Origin: a virus
IMG/VR virus record: IMGVR_UViG_3300030107_001446
Coordinates: 96,001 to 160,000 of that record
DNA: 64,000 nt
Direction: 5' to 3' (one strand)
Below, one piece after another: positions 56,401 through 64,000 of the stretch. Below the pieces are notes generated by a model. The model was not told the DNA's origin and ran no database searches. It saw only the letters and a program-made list of their open reading frames with translations. The number at the start of each line of letters is the position of its first letter. Within the stretch, counting starts at the first letter, position 1. Made by a program: the position numbers and the translations under genes.

Positions 56401-59400
56401 ACCCAGTTGTCTATAATGGCACATTTACGGTTACATCACGTATTGACCAATTTACTTTCTCTTATCAGATAGCAACACCTACAGAGATAATTCCTACTGG
56501 TAATATCCTCTTATCTGTTGACTTAAACAGAGGTAAGTCTGATGTAGTATCAATAAACAAGGTTGTTAGTGAGTTTACAACTAACATACAGAATGCATTT
56601 TTCAACGATAACTATGTTTATGTTGCTGCTTCTGGTTTACCCAACTATAAGATTGGTCCTTTCACTGGGTCAGCTCTCATCCCAGGAAACCAAAGGAAAC
56701 TCTTAAGATTCCCCAGAACAGTACAAACCGTCTCAGAAAGACAAGCAGTTGCTCCAGGTACTCCAATAGGTAGTTGGGTCAACGGTGTTTCTATATGGTC
56801 ATATAAGTCTCCAGACTATATCCAGTATGGTCCTTTAACCTCTGTTAGTGTTACTAGCGTTGGTGAAGGATATGATGCAGGTGCTAAACCCAACGTAGAA
56901 ATCACTGGGGGTGGTGGAACAGGTGCTACTGCTGAAGTTATAGTTAATGGTAGTCTTTCATCATTTGATGTTATAGAACAGGGTAGTGGATATACAGAAT
57001 CACCTTTAGTATCAATCGTAGGTGGCGGTGGTATTGGTGCTACTGCTCAAGCAGTTATTACAGGTGGTAGAGTAACAAGAATTTTAGTTGAGCAACCAGG
57101 TTCAGGTTATACGACTCAACCCCTAGTTTCTATTACTGGAGGTGGAGGCACTGGTGCGACTGCTACTGCCAGTGTCCGTGGACCTATTAGTAGTGTTAGT
57201 ATTACAAACTTCGGTAGTGGATATACTTCACTCCCTGACATTAAAGTTAACTCTGGTGAGAATGCTTTAGCACAACCAATCGTATTAAATGGTAGAATCG
57301 TTTCTATCGCTATTATCAACTCTGGTAATTCCTATACAACAGCACCTAATGTAATAATCAATGGTGATGGATTTGGTGCAATCGCTAAAGCAACTATCGG
57401 TACAATTGGTGAAGATAAAGGACGTGTATTAAGCGTTTCTATCACTAACCGTGGAATTGGGTATACACAAGGTTTAACAACCGTCAGACTCGAAGCAGTG
57501 GGTCAATTAGCGTCATTCCAACCTACAGTTTACCAATGGAATAGAAACCTTCAATATGAATTGGTAGACAAGTTTGATGGTGCAAGTGGATATGTATTTA
57601 CTGGATTTAACAACCAGTTTGGTGGTGAATATGCTCACCTATCAGATCCTAAAGAATTAAGATATGTTGTTGGTGATAACGTATTCTTAAATCCTGTTAC
57701 ACAGAATTTCCAAGAAGTTGCTTCTAACTATGACCACTCACCTATTATAGGTTGGGCATTTGATGGAAACCCAATTTATGGTCCTTATGGTTACATTGAC
57801 CCAACTGACCAGAATAGTGGTATCAGAAGGATGCGTACATCCTTCAAATTGAAGACTAATGTTGTATTTGATGCAACTACTAATCCTAACCCTTCTAGGG
57901 TAGATGGACCTCCTATTTCAACATATGCTGCTGGAACATTTGTTGATGATTACTACTATGATTTCCAATCTGGTGATTTAGACCAATATAATGGTCGTTT
58001 CTGTAAAACACCTGATTATCCAGATGGCACATATGCATACTTCGTAACTATCGATGCTAGTGACGCAGGTATTGCTGAATTCCCATATATCGTTGGACCT
58101 CAGTTTAACTCACTTCCAGATTCATGGAATATGAATCAAGCAGCAACACAGGAGAATATTCCTGATGGAGTTGTCCGTTATAGAGATCCATATACTGATG
58201 TTGACATTGATATTGACCGTCAACCAAACCAGACTGCTGATGTCTTTACTACTGAGATAGAAGGTTATCCTATCATCTTTGAAATACAAGACTCTAATAA
58301 TGATGGTTTGATTGATGCTAATGAGCAACAAGAATTATTAGAGATGTCTGAAGAGGCAACTCTACAAATATACGATTATTTCCCAAGAGTATCAGCAGAG
58401 TCTAGAGTTGATATTGAAGTTGAGACAACTACCCAATTTGAGAATGCTCAGATAGATGGATTCGTTGTTGAAAACCCAGGTGTTTCATATCAGGTAAATG
58501 ACACCATATTCTTCGATAATGAAGGAACTGGTGGATTTGGTGCATCTGCTCTTATTGAATCTGTTAAAGGACAGAATATAATTGGTTATCAAAAAGAAAT
58601 GATTGGTGACCGTCCTTACGGTGTAATTACTACTGATATAGAGCATGAATTACGTCAACAGGATGAAATCATTGTAAACTCACGTCCTGTTATTGATAAT
58701 ACTAATAAGACGTTTAGAGTTAAGGTTGTAGCGGGTGTTGAGAATATTGCTATAACTCAATCAGGTACTGGATATAATACAGATATTCCTCCAACATTTG
58801 AGTTAATTACTGCATCTGGACAAGATGCTGAGTTATCACTTGTATTAGAGAATACAGGTCAAGTTAATGCTGTTAATATCATTAACTCAGGTAATGGATA
58901 CGATTCTGATAATCCTCCTCAGATTAGGGTATCACATCCACAACAATTCAAGAAAACAAGGTATTGGTTAGCTGAATATCAAGAAGCAACAGGTATAGTT
59001 AGTATCAATGATATTGTAACCACTGAAGAGCGTTATACTTATATTTGCGGTAGCATCACTGAGACAGATGGTGATATGGCAGCATTCCTTGCCAAGTTTG
59101 ATGATTTAGGTCAACTTGTTTGGGAAAGAAACCTTCTTCCTCAAAATGCAGGTCAGAAGAAAGCAGAATTCATTAAGATTCTAGTTGACGCAGTTCCAGA
59201 GAATGACCTCATATATGTTGTTGGACATACTTACGATCCAAACAATTCAGCATATAATCCTGATATATGGTTAGGTAAGTATGAATCTGGATTTAATAAT
59301 GCTAATGCACCTGATGGTATTCTTAAATGGCAGAAAGCGATTGCAGGTATCAGTGGTACTACAAGAAGGGATTGGGTAACTTCCTTAGCACTTGACCAGG

Positions 59401-62400
59401 AAGGTCGTATCTATCTTGCAGGTTATACAGATAGTAATTCCATAGATCCTAACGATATGTGGATTATCCAGTGTAACTTGGATGGTGACCTTGTAGAGAA
59501 GAGAAAGATTGCATCTGCAACTGATTCTGAAATGATTAATCAGATTCAGTGGATATCTGATGATAGATTCTTCATGGTTGGTCAAAATGACGAAAATGAC
59601 GATTGTATCTTCGGTGTATTCTGGTTTGACGGTGCAAACCTTGAAATTGAATATATTCGCCAAATTCCAACAATAGGTGGATATGTAAGAAATCCTAAAT
59701 TCACTATTGACGAATATGACGATGTAATCTTAGTTTGGGACGTATATAACGGTGCAGCACAGAAATACGATAAAGTCCAGATTAACAAGTTCCCATTATC
59801 TACAGCATCTACTTCATGGACATGGAGTAAGACTGTAACCATTAGTGGTGATATTGACGCTATTAGACATGCAGGAGTCAATGTAGATAAGTTTGGAAAT
59901 TATACTTTAGTTACTGATGTAATAGAAGACCAAAATCAGAGATATGCGATATACCACTATATCAAGTATGATGGTAACGTAATTAAAGAATCTAAAGTTG
60001 ATGATACTACAAGTATCGGATTCCAAGCTATAACTCACTCAGTTGATAACTCTGGTGATGTAATAATGGTTATTAACAGACAACAGTCTGACCAAATTGC
60101 AGCATATAGATTTAATGATGATACTGATTTAGATTACGACTTTACTAAGCAGAATAAGGCAGCAATGACCTTCTATTCTCCATCTGACGCATCATATGAT
60201 TCATCATTCTATAAGTATGGCACTGGTGCACTTAAACTAAGTGCAGTTAACCCAGTTTCTCTTCCTAATCTTAATCTTGAGTCTAAAGAGTGGAGTTTCA
60301 GAGCATGGTTATCCATGAATTCTACTGCTCATTCTACAGACCATAAACCACTTCTTTGGGATATTCTACCAGTAGCAGGTGATTCAATTCAGGTTGAATT
60401 GGATGGTGATACTAATAGTGCAAACTATGAGAAAGTTATAATCTATGTAAACTCTGTACAGGTTGCAACTTCTCTTCTTGCTACTAACTGGACTGCATTT
60501 GCAGGTGCATCATGGGTGCATGTTACATTCCAGAAGAGAGAAGAATCATTAGGTCTTTATCAATATGAAGTCTTTATCAATGGTGCTTTAGTTTGTAACT
60601 TCCAATCAACATCTGATATCAGTGTTGGTAGTGCAGTCCTTTGTGGTAAGTCTGCTGGACCTACATCTAACAATACATTCATTGGATGGGTAGATGACTA
60701 TGTGATTGATGATGTTGCTCCATATCTTTCTGCTTATAGTGTGCCATCGGCCGAGATTGAAATTACTACTTCAAACTCTGATTCTGCCTTAGTTAAATTT
60801 GACAGAGAGCATACTAAGAGAGGAAGTTATGCACTTAGTGGACTAGACAATTATACACAATTAGACTTTACAGATAATGAGATTACAACTACATGGGTTG
60901 ATGTAGGTCTATCTGCTATCAGTCCATGGATTGTTGGAGCAGGTGGTTTACAGATTCTTGATATGTCTCAGGTTGTTTCTAACCTGAATCCTGGCACATA
61001 TACATTTACTGCTAATAAGTTTGAGTATGGTACTAAGACTTCTACAATACCATCTCCTCTAGGTAAGAAACTTATTATTGAACCTGAAGTAATCAGTAAA
61101 TTCTATATTAGAGATGCTCTATATCAGAAGATTGATAATGTAATGGAATTCACCTTCAGTCAAGATATTAAGTTGACTAAAGGATCAATACTTCAACAAT
61201 TCAACAGCTCTGGTGTTACACAAGCATATGGTACTATTGTAAAAGTTCCAGAAGGAACTCTCCTGAATCCTGGATATGGTAATAAGTATCAAGTTGGTAA
61301 AATATATGGTACTTTTAATAACACTGACCGTTATAGGACAGTAGCAAATGATATTAACCAGATTGAAGGAACTTACTTTAATACAGAAGAAGAGGAATCA
61401 CCTTGGCAAGCAAATACAGCATATACTGCGGGTGATAGAGTATACGCTGATAAGAAGATTTACGAAGTCCAAGCAACAGGTACTTCTGGTACTATTTCAT
61501 TATCACATACATCTGGTGTTGCTAGTGACGGATTATTAAACTGGGCATTTATTGATGATGCAGGTAAGTTTACTGTTGACTTAACACAACATCCATATCC
61601 TAGACCTCAGTGGGTTGGTATGGATATGCCAGAATGGTTACCAGATCGCTTATATGTTGAGGGACAAAGAGTATGGTGGAAACTCAATGTATATGAAGTA
61701 GCAGTAGGTGGTGCAGGTGTAGCAGGAACAAATGCTCCTGTGCATGATACTGGTGATGCATCTGATGGTGGTGTAACATGGACTCACGTTTCTACTGAGG
61801 AAGCAATCAGCGTCTATAGTAGATTGATGGGTTATGATATGGGCAATAATTATACGGTCCAGATCATGGAAGTCCATCCTGGTTCAGTATACATTCCAGA
61901 TGACGTTGTTAGTTTAAATGCAGGAAATATAACTCTTGCTGAAGATGAAAAGAGTGTAGAGATATCTGGATTTGCTTCAGTTAAAAAGATTCAAGTTACT
62001 GCACGTTTAGAGAAAGATATAATTAGGACAAATGCTGTAAGGACAGAATTTGTTTATTGCACATCAAATACTGCTCATATGTTTAAAGCAGGTGATATCC
62101 TCTTTACTGAAGGATTCAGTACTGCACAATTTAATGGTAGTTTCTTTATTGACCAAGTAATTGGCACTAGAGAATTTACATTTGCTATTAGAGCAACTGC
62201 AAGTAGTGATCCTGCATTTATTAATAATGCTCTTGGTGGTGTTAACATCTATGCAAAACACCCAACATTAGAGTTTACTAGAAATCATCAGTATGTCTTT
62301 GACCTATCTGACTCTTCTAACTTTGGATATTACTTATCATTCTCTCAAGATAACCAATACAAACTAGAATACTCATTTAACAACATTGAAAGAAATGGAA

Positions 62401-64000
62401 CTCCTGGTATTGCAACAACACCAGCTCCAACAGTTCAATTCTCTGTATTAGGTGAAGTTACTAATATTTCCTACTACTTTGACCCATCAAGAACTGGTGC
62501 TGATTCACCAGTAGGTACAAACAGTTTTATTGATGTCATTAAAACTCCTTTCGATGGTAGATTTACTATTTCAGAAGTACCAACAGATACATCATTCAAA
62601 TTCCCACTCCTTAAGGAACCTGAAAGGACTAATGCTGAGGTTGGAGAAGATTATCTAGGTAATGATTATTCATACTATTCAACTACATCTGTAAGGGCAG
62701 TTGGACCTATTAATACAATTCAACTGGTTTCTCCAGGTGGATTCTATCAGAAGTTACCTATCATTAGTGATATTGCATCTTTCAGACAAATTGAGAAATG
62801 TGTAGTAGTAGATGGAGGTACTGAATATGCTCCAGGTGTTTACTATGATGTGCCTATTGCAGGAGATGGTGAAGGTGCTAAATGTACTGTTACTGTTGAA
62901 GTAGATGAGGAGATTGGATCAGGAACTATTACAGGTTGTGCTGTAACTGACCCAGGTAAAGGTTATACAACTGCATCTATTGATATTGACGCTATACCTG
63001 GAATATTAGGAGCAACTCTTGCTGGATCTGGTGGTAGTGTAAATGTTGTTATTCCATCAGAAGGTAGTGGTGCATCTGTATTCTTAACAGGTACTAATAT
63101 TGGTAAGATTAAGAGATTAAAGAATAATGAATTTGGTTTCGGTTATTCACATGACTATACCTTAAAACCAGAGATTACCTTCCCTGTTAACTTACAACTC
63201 TTTAATACTTCAATACTAAGTCAGATTACCATAACTGATCCAGGTTCTGGATACTCATCAACTCCAGCTGTTGTAATCGAAGGTGGTGGTGGATCTGGTG
63301 CTGAAGCAGAAGCAATTATTAAGAATAATAGATTATCTGAGATAATAATCAAGAATCCAGGTGCAGGTTACTCATCTGAACCAACTGTTACTCTTAAATC
63401 AGAATTTAACTACGTTGTTAACTTAGACCTTAATTATCTACAGTTTAACTTCCCACATGGTATTACGTCAGGTGCAGAAGTTACATTTAGGGCAGAAAAC
63501 GTAGGATCCACAACTGGCGAATTACCAAAACCATCTACCGCAGGTTTAACCAGTTTGGTGGCAAATCAGGTTTACTATGCTATTGCTGGTACAGCAGCAG
63601 GACTAGAGCCTGACCAATTAAGATTCGGTCTTACTAAAGCATCTGCATTAGCAGGATCTTACATTACCTTCTTAACACAAGGTAGTGGTCGTCAAGTCCT
63701 TTTAACTGAGGTATTCGGTGGTAAAGCAACTGCTGTTGTTGAAACTTCTAGATTCCTTGAAGGTGAAGATGTATACCAAGGTTCTAATGTTGAAACTGCC
63801 ACTGCTATGGGTACAGTTTCTACTAACACTGGTTGGCAGATAGGTCCTAAGATTCTTAAGATTGTTGATTATACTGGTGATTGGGCAGTTGGTGAGTCTG
63901 TAACAGGTACTATTTCTAAAGCATCTGGTGTTATCGATAACTTCTCGATTGCACGTGGTGTGTTAAATATCGGCTCCCTAACGAAGACACCAGGCCGATT
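53433..64000 (+). CDS. gp7: Baseplate wedge initiator gp7, >3500 aa (3'-truncated)
   Basis: VENQLPEFI...FLFEYYKSQE N-terminus, many GSGY repeats, KGT...YLFKILFG; same frame at both ends (…LNIGSLTKTPGR); absent from the ORF track, consistent with no stop in the window. Confidence 0.88.
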   Translation, partial: MTPITKNINVSDRVENQLPEFIRQEDRQLVNFLFEYYKSQEKTGRPYDILNNLMRYLDLDKYSSEELSSSTSLLKDIGVDDTKIEIESINGFQTRDGSIMVDNEIIYYEGVTRGPDVIITPGISLPQFNKKKQQLENPFTSFDGVERVFPLSFLGTPIAPPSAEHLIVVTYNDMLIPGSEYTVNGTNISFTNPPRARTGADDSEFTQVVYLVGYADQTIVTADQIPYQEWQNTQVYPLRVNGQSYTPTSDIGLIINKNGRLQTPQDDYTLFEDKVIFKNPVGAADLIHIRSVEYVAPAYGSGASAIAQVDTIGQIEAIIPKDGGKKYRLDFAPKVAITHKDGISATAKSLVGGIKDINLIDGGQGYSSYNPPIPVVVAPADPNGSIAQLSLTVNDVTGTVDSVTITNSGSGYDFIPAISFKNPSGATIGAPTIDIEGRVNIGSIPVITMGSGYSNPPTVYIDAAPDGGINAQAVSKINQDGQVYEITIVNRGKGYITPPRVKIVEPIGAQVLDVTVASGSVTNIEMLTGGSGYTDAPSVYIVDKRVDGYGEPIGGTGATAVATIFNGEITDINITNFGTGYSESEPPQIYIAEPKSARASVDVGFDEVTGFDILEKGSGYSSSAFLQCSRGVSGPVKYDNLHNEIYATEANLRQSDHHAGAAVVNLDTLFIKEVFDKFRRQYLPTLDIDFASINPVQVIKNITDFYISKGTKLSTQYLFKILFGEDVDLYYPKDEIISPSHATWVVDTVLRAELMEGDPNNLIDSQVNQYADDVDPNVTAASALIENVITIIEGTDTIYELAISEETLVGSFIIPYKTRLVEPLTTTGQIITVDSTIGWPERNGTIRINDEEEVQYKEKSLNQFIECTRSKNGIVEDWDPGTIIQSDIYVWTNFGTAQQCKLRILGIAEAGTTVLNDTGSYYLQGDKLKVANLGSTAEELRLQSWLYNVKKLIQVTTITPGGVNNQTATVVCGNPHGLLVSDQVTIYGANPVVYNGTFTVTSRIDQFTFSYQIATPTEIIPTGNILLSVDLNRGKSDVVSINKVVSEFTTNIQNAFFNDNYVYVAASGLPNYKIGPFTGSALIPGNQRKLLRFPRTVQTVSERQAVAPGTPIGSWVNGVSIWSYKSPDYIQYGPLTSVSVTSVGEGYDAGAKPNVEITGGGGTGATAEVIVNGSLSSFDVIEQGSGYTESPLVSIVGGGGIGATAQAVITGGRVTRILVEQPGSGYTTQPLVSITGGGGTGATATASVRGPISSVSITNFGSGYTSLPDIKVNSGENALAQPIVLNGRIVSIAIINSGNSYTTAPNVIINGDGFGAIAKATIGTIGEDKGRVLSVSITNRGIGYTQGLTTVRLEAVGQLASFQPTVYQWNRNLQYELVDKFDGASGYVFTGFNNQFGGEYAHLSDPKELRYVVGDNVFLNPVTQNFQEVASNYDHSPIIGWAFDGNPIYGPYGYIDPTDQNSGIRRMRTSFKLKTNVVFDATTNPNPSRVDGPPISTYAAGTFVDDYYYDFQSGDLDQYNGRFCKTPDYPDGTYAYFVTIDASDAGIAEFPYIVGPQFNSLPDSWNMNQAATQENIPDGVVRYRDPYTDVDIDIDRQPNQTADVFTTEIEGYPIIFEIQDSNNDGLIDANEQQELLEMSEEATLQIYDYFPRVSAESRVDIEVETTTQFENAQIDGFVVENPGVSYQVNDTIFFDNEGTGGFGASALIESVKGQNIIGYQKEMIGDRPYGVITTDIEHELRQQDEIIVNSRPVIDNTNKTFRVKVVAGVENIAITQSGTGYNTDIPPTFELITASGQDAELSLVLENTGQVNAVNIINSGNGYDSDNPPQIRVSHPQQFKKTRYWLAEYQEATGIVSINDIVTTEERYTYICGSITETDGDMAAFLAKFDDLGQLVWERNLLPQNAGQKKAEFIKILVDAVPENDLIYVVGHTYDPNNSAYNPDIWLGKYESGFNNANAPDGILKWQKAIAGISGTTRRDWVTSLALDQEGRIYLAGYTDSNSIDPNDMWIIQCNLDGDLVEKRKIASATDSEMINQIQWISDDRFFMVGQNDENDDCIFGVFWFDGANLEIEYIRQIPTIGGYVRNPKFTIDEYDDVILVWDVYNGAAQKYDKVQINKFPLSTASTSWTWSKTVTISGDIDAIRHAGVNVDKFGNYTLVTDVIEDQNQRYAIYHYIKYDGNVIKESKVDDTTSIGFQAITHSVDNSGDVIMVINRQQSDQIAAYRFNDDTDLDYDFTKQNKAAMTFYSPSDASYDSSFYKYGTGALKLSAVNPVSLPNLNLESKEWSFRAWLSMNSTAHSTDHKPLLWDILPVAGDSIQVELDGDTNSANYEKVIIYVNSVQVATSLLATNWTAFAGASWVHVTFQKREESLGLYQYEVFINGALVCNFQSTSDISVGSAVLCGKSAGPTSNNTFIGWVDDYVIDDVAPYLSAYSVPSAEIEITTSNSDSALVKFDREHTKRGSYALSGLDNYTQLDFTDNEITTTWVDVGLSAISPWIVGAGGLQILDMSQVVSNLNPGTYTFTANKFEYGTKTSTIPSPLGKKLIIEPEVISKFYIRDALYQKIDNVMEFTFSQDIKLTKGSILQQFNSSGVTQAYGTIVKVPEGTLLNPGYGNKYQVGKIYGTFNNTDRYRTVANDINQIEGTYFNTEEEESPWQANTAYTAGDRVYADKKIYEVQATGTSGTISLSHTSGVASDGLLNWAFIDDAGKFTVDLTQHPYPRPQWVGMDMPEWLPDRLYVEGQRVWWKLNVYEVAVGGAGVAGTNAPVHDTGDASDGGVTWTHVSTEEAISVYSRLMGYDMGNNYTVQIMEVHPGSVYIPDDVVSLNAGNITLAEDEKSVEISGFASVKKIQVTARLEKDIIRTNAVRTEFVYCTSNTAHMFKAGDILFTEGFSTAQFNGSFFIDQVIGTREFTFAIRATASSDPAFINNALGGVNIYAKHPTLEFTRNHQYVFDLSDSSNFGYYLSFSQDNQYKLEYSFNNIERNGTPGIATTPAPTVQFSVLGEVTNISYYFDPSRTGADSPVGTNSFIDVIKTPFDGRFTISEVPTDTSFKFPLLKEPERTNAEVGEDYLGNDYSYYSTTSVRAVGPINTIQLVSPGGFYQKLPIISDIASFRQIEKCVVVDGGTEYAPGVYYDVPIAGDGEGAKCTVTVEVDEEIGSGTITGCAVTDPGKGYTTASIDIDAIPGILGATLAGSGGSVNVVIPSEGSGASVFLTGTNIGKIKRLKNNEFGFGYSHDYTLKPEITFPVNLQLFNTSILSQITITDPGSGYSSTPAVVIEGGGGSGAEAEAIIKNNRLSEIIIKNPGAGYSSEPTVTLKSEFNYVVNLDLNYLQFNFPHGITSGAEVTFRAENVGSTTGELPKPSTAGLTSLVANQVYYAIAGTAAGLEPDQLRFGLTKASALAGSYITFLTQGSGRQVLLTEVFGGKATAVVETSRFLEGEDVYQGSNVETATAMGTVSTNTGWQIGPKILKIVDYTGDWAVGESVTGTISKASGVIDNFSIARGVLNIGSLTKTPGR

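Noticed and set aside
196-62261. Numerous minus-strand and out-of-frame ORFs in the track (e.g. 1533-2048, 15951-16463, 10908-11357, 50745-51059, all ORFs inside gp7)
   Set aside because: They are shadows of long, well-supported + strand genes, with low-complexity translations and no independent promoter or SD.
1-64000. CRISPR arrays, tRNA/rRNA genes, introns, inteins, transposases
   Set aside because: No spacer-repeat periodicity, cloverleaf, interrupted core gene, Hint motif or terminal inverted repeats recognised by eye; tRNAscan-SE and Infernal would be needed to exclude them formally.

Overview
A 64 kb segment of a T4-like marine cyanomyophage genome (low GC, so plausibly Prochlorococcus/Synechococcus-infecting; host not determinable from sequence). 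Almost everything is on the + strand. Layout: (1) 1-11.5 kb, baseplate hub module (gp26, gp51, two paralogous tape-measure-like proteins, gp27-like hub, gp5) interleaved with the auxiliary metabolic genes cp12 and cpeT. (2) 11.5-14.2 kb, sigma70-driven talC/JmjC operon and one short minus-strand gene. (3) 14.2-25.2 kb, late virion/tail-fibre genes including three tandem Gly-rich paralogs. (4) 25.3-37.8 kb, AT-rich enzyme island with two flavin-dependent (PrnA-like) halogenases, seven Fe(II)/2OG or JmjC oxygenases (an eighth lies at 12.9 kb), and an MTase - PD-(D/E)xK nuclease - MTase cassette. (5) 37.8-45.5 kb, early region of small ORFs plus an SF2 helicase, with four copies of a palindromic promoter element, structured leaders and three cyanobacterial-type DnaA boxes. 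(6) 45.5-64 kb, late baseplate genes (NlpC/P60, 1203-aa protein, PAAR-like, gp25, gp6, and a >3500-aa gp7 running off the window). Top leads: a complete -1 ribosomal frameshift signal fusing gp26 to gp51 (upstream SD, T TTT TTC, downstream hairpin), a candidate phage-borne restriction-modification system, and a DnaA-box cluster that may mark a replication origin. No tRNA, rRNA, CRISPR array, intron or transposase was recognised. All family calls come from motif recognition by eye, not database searches.
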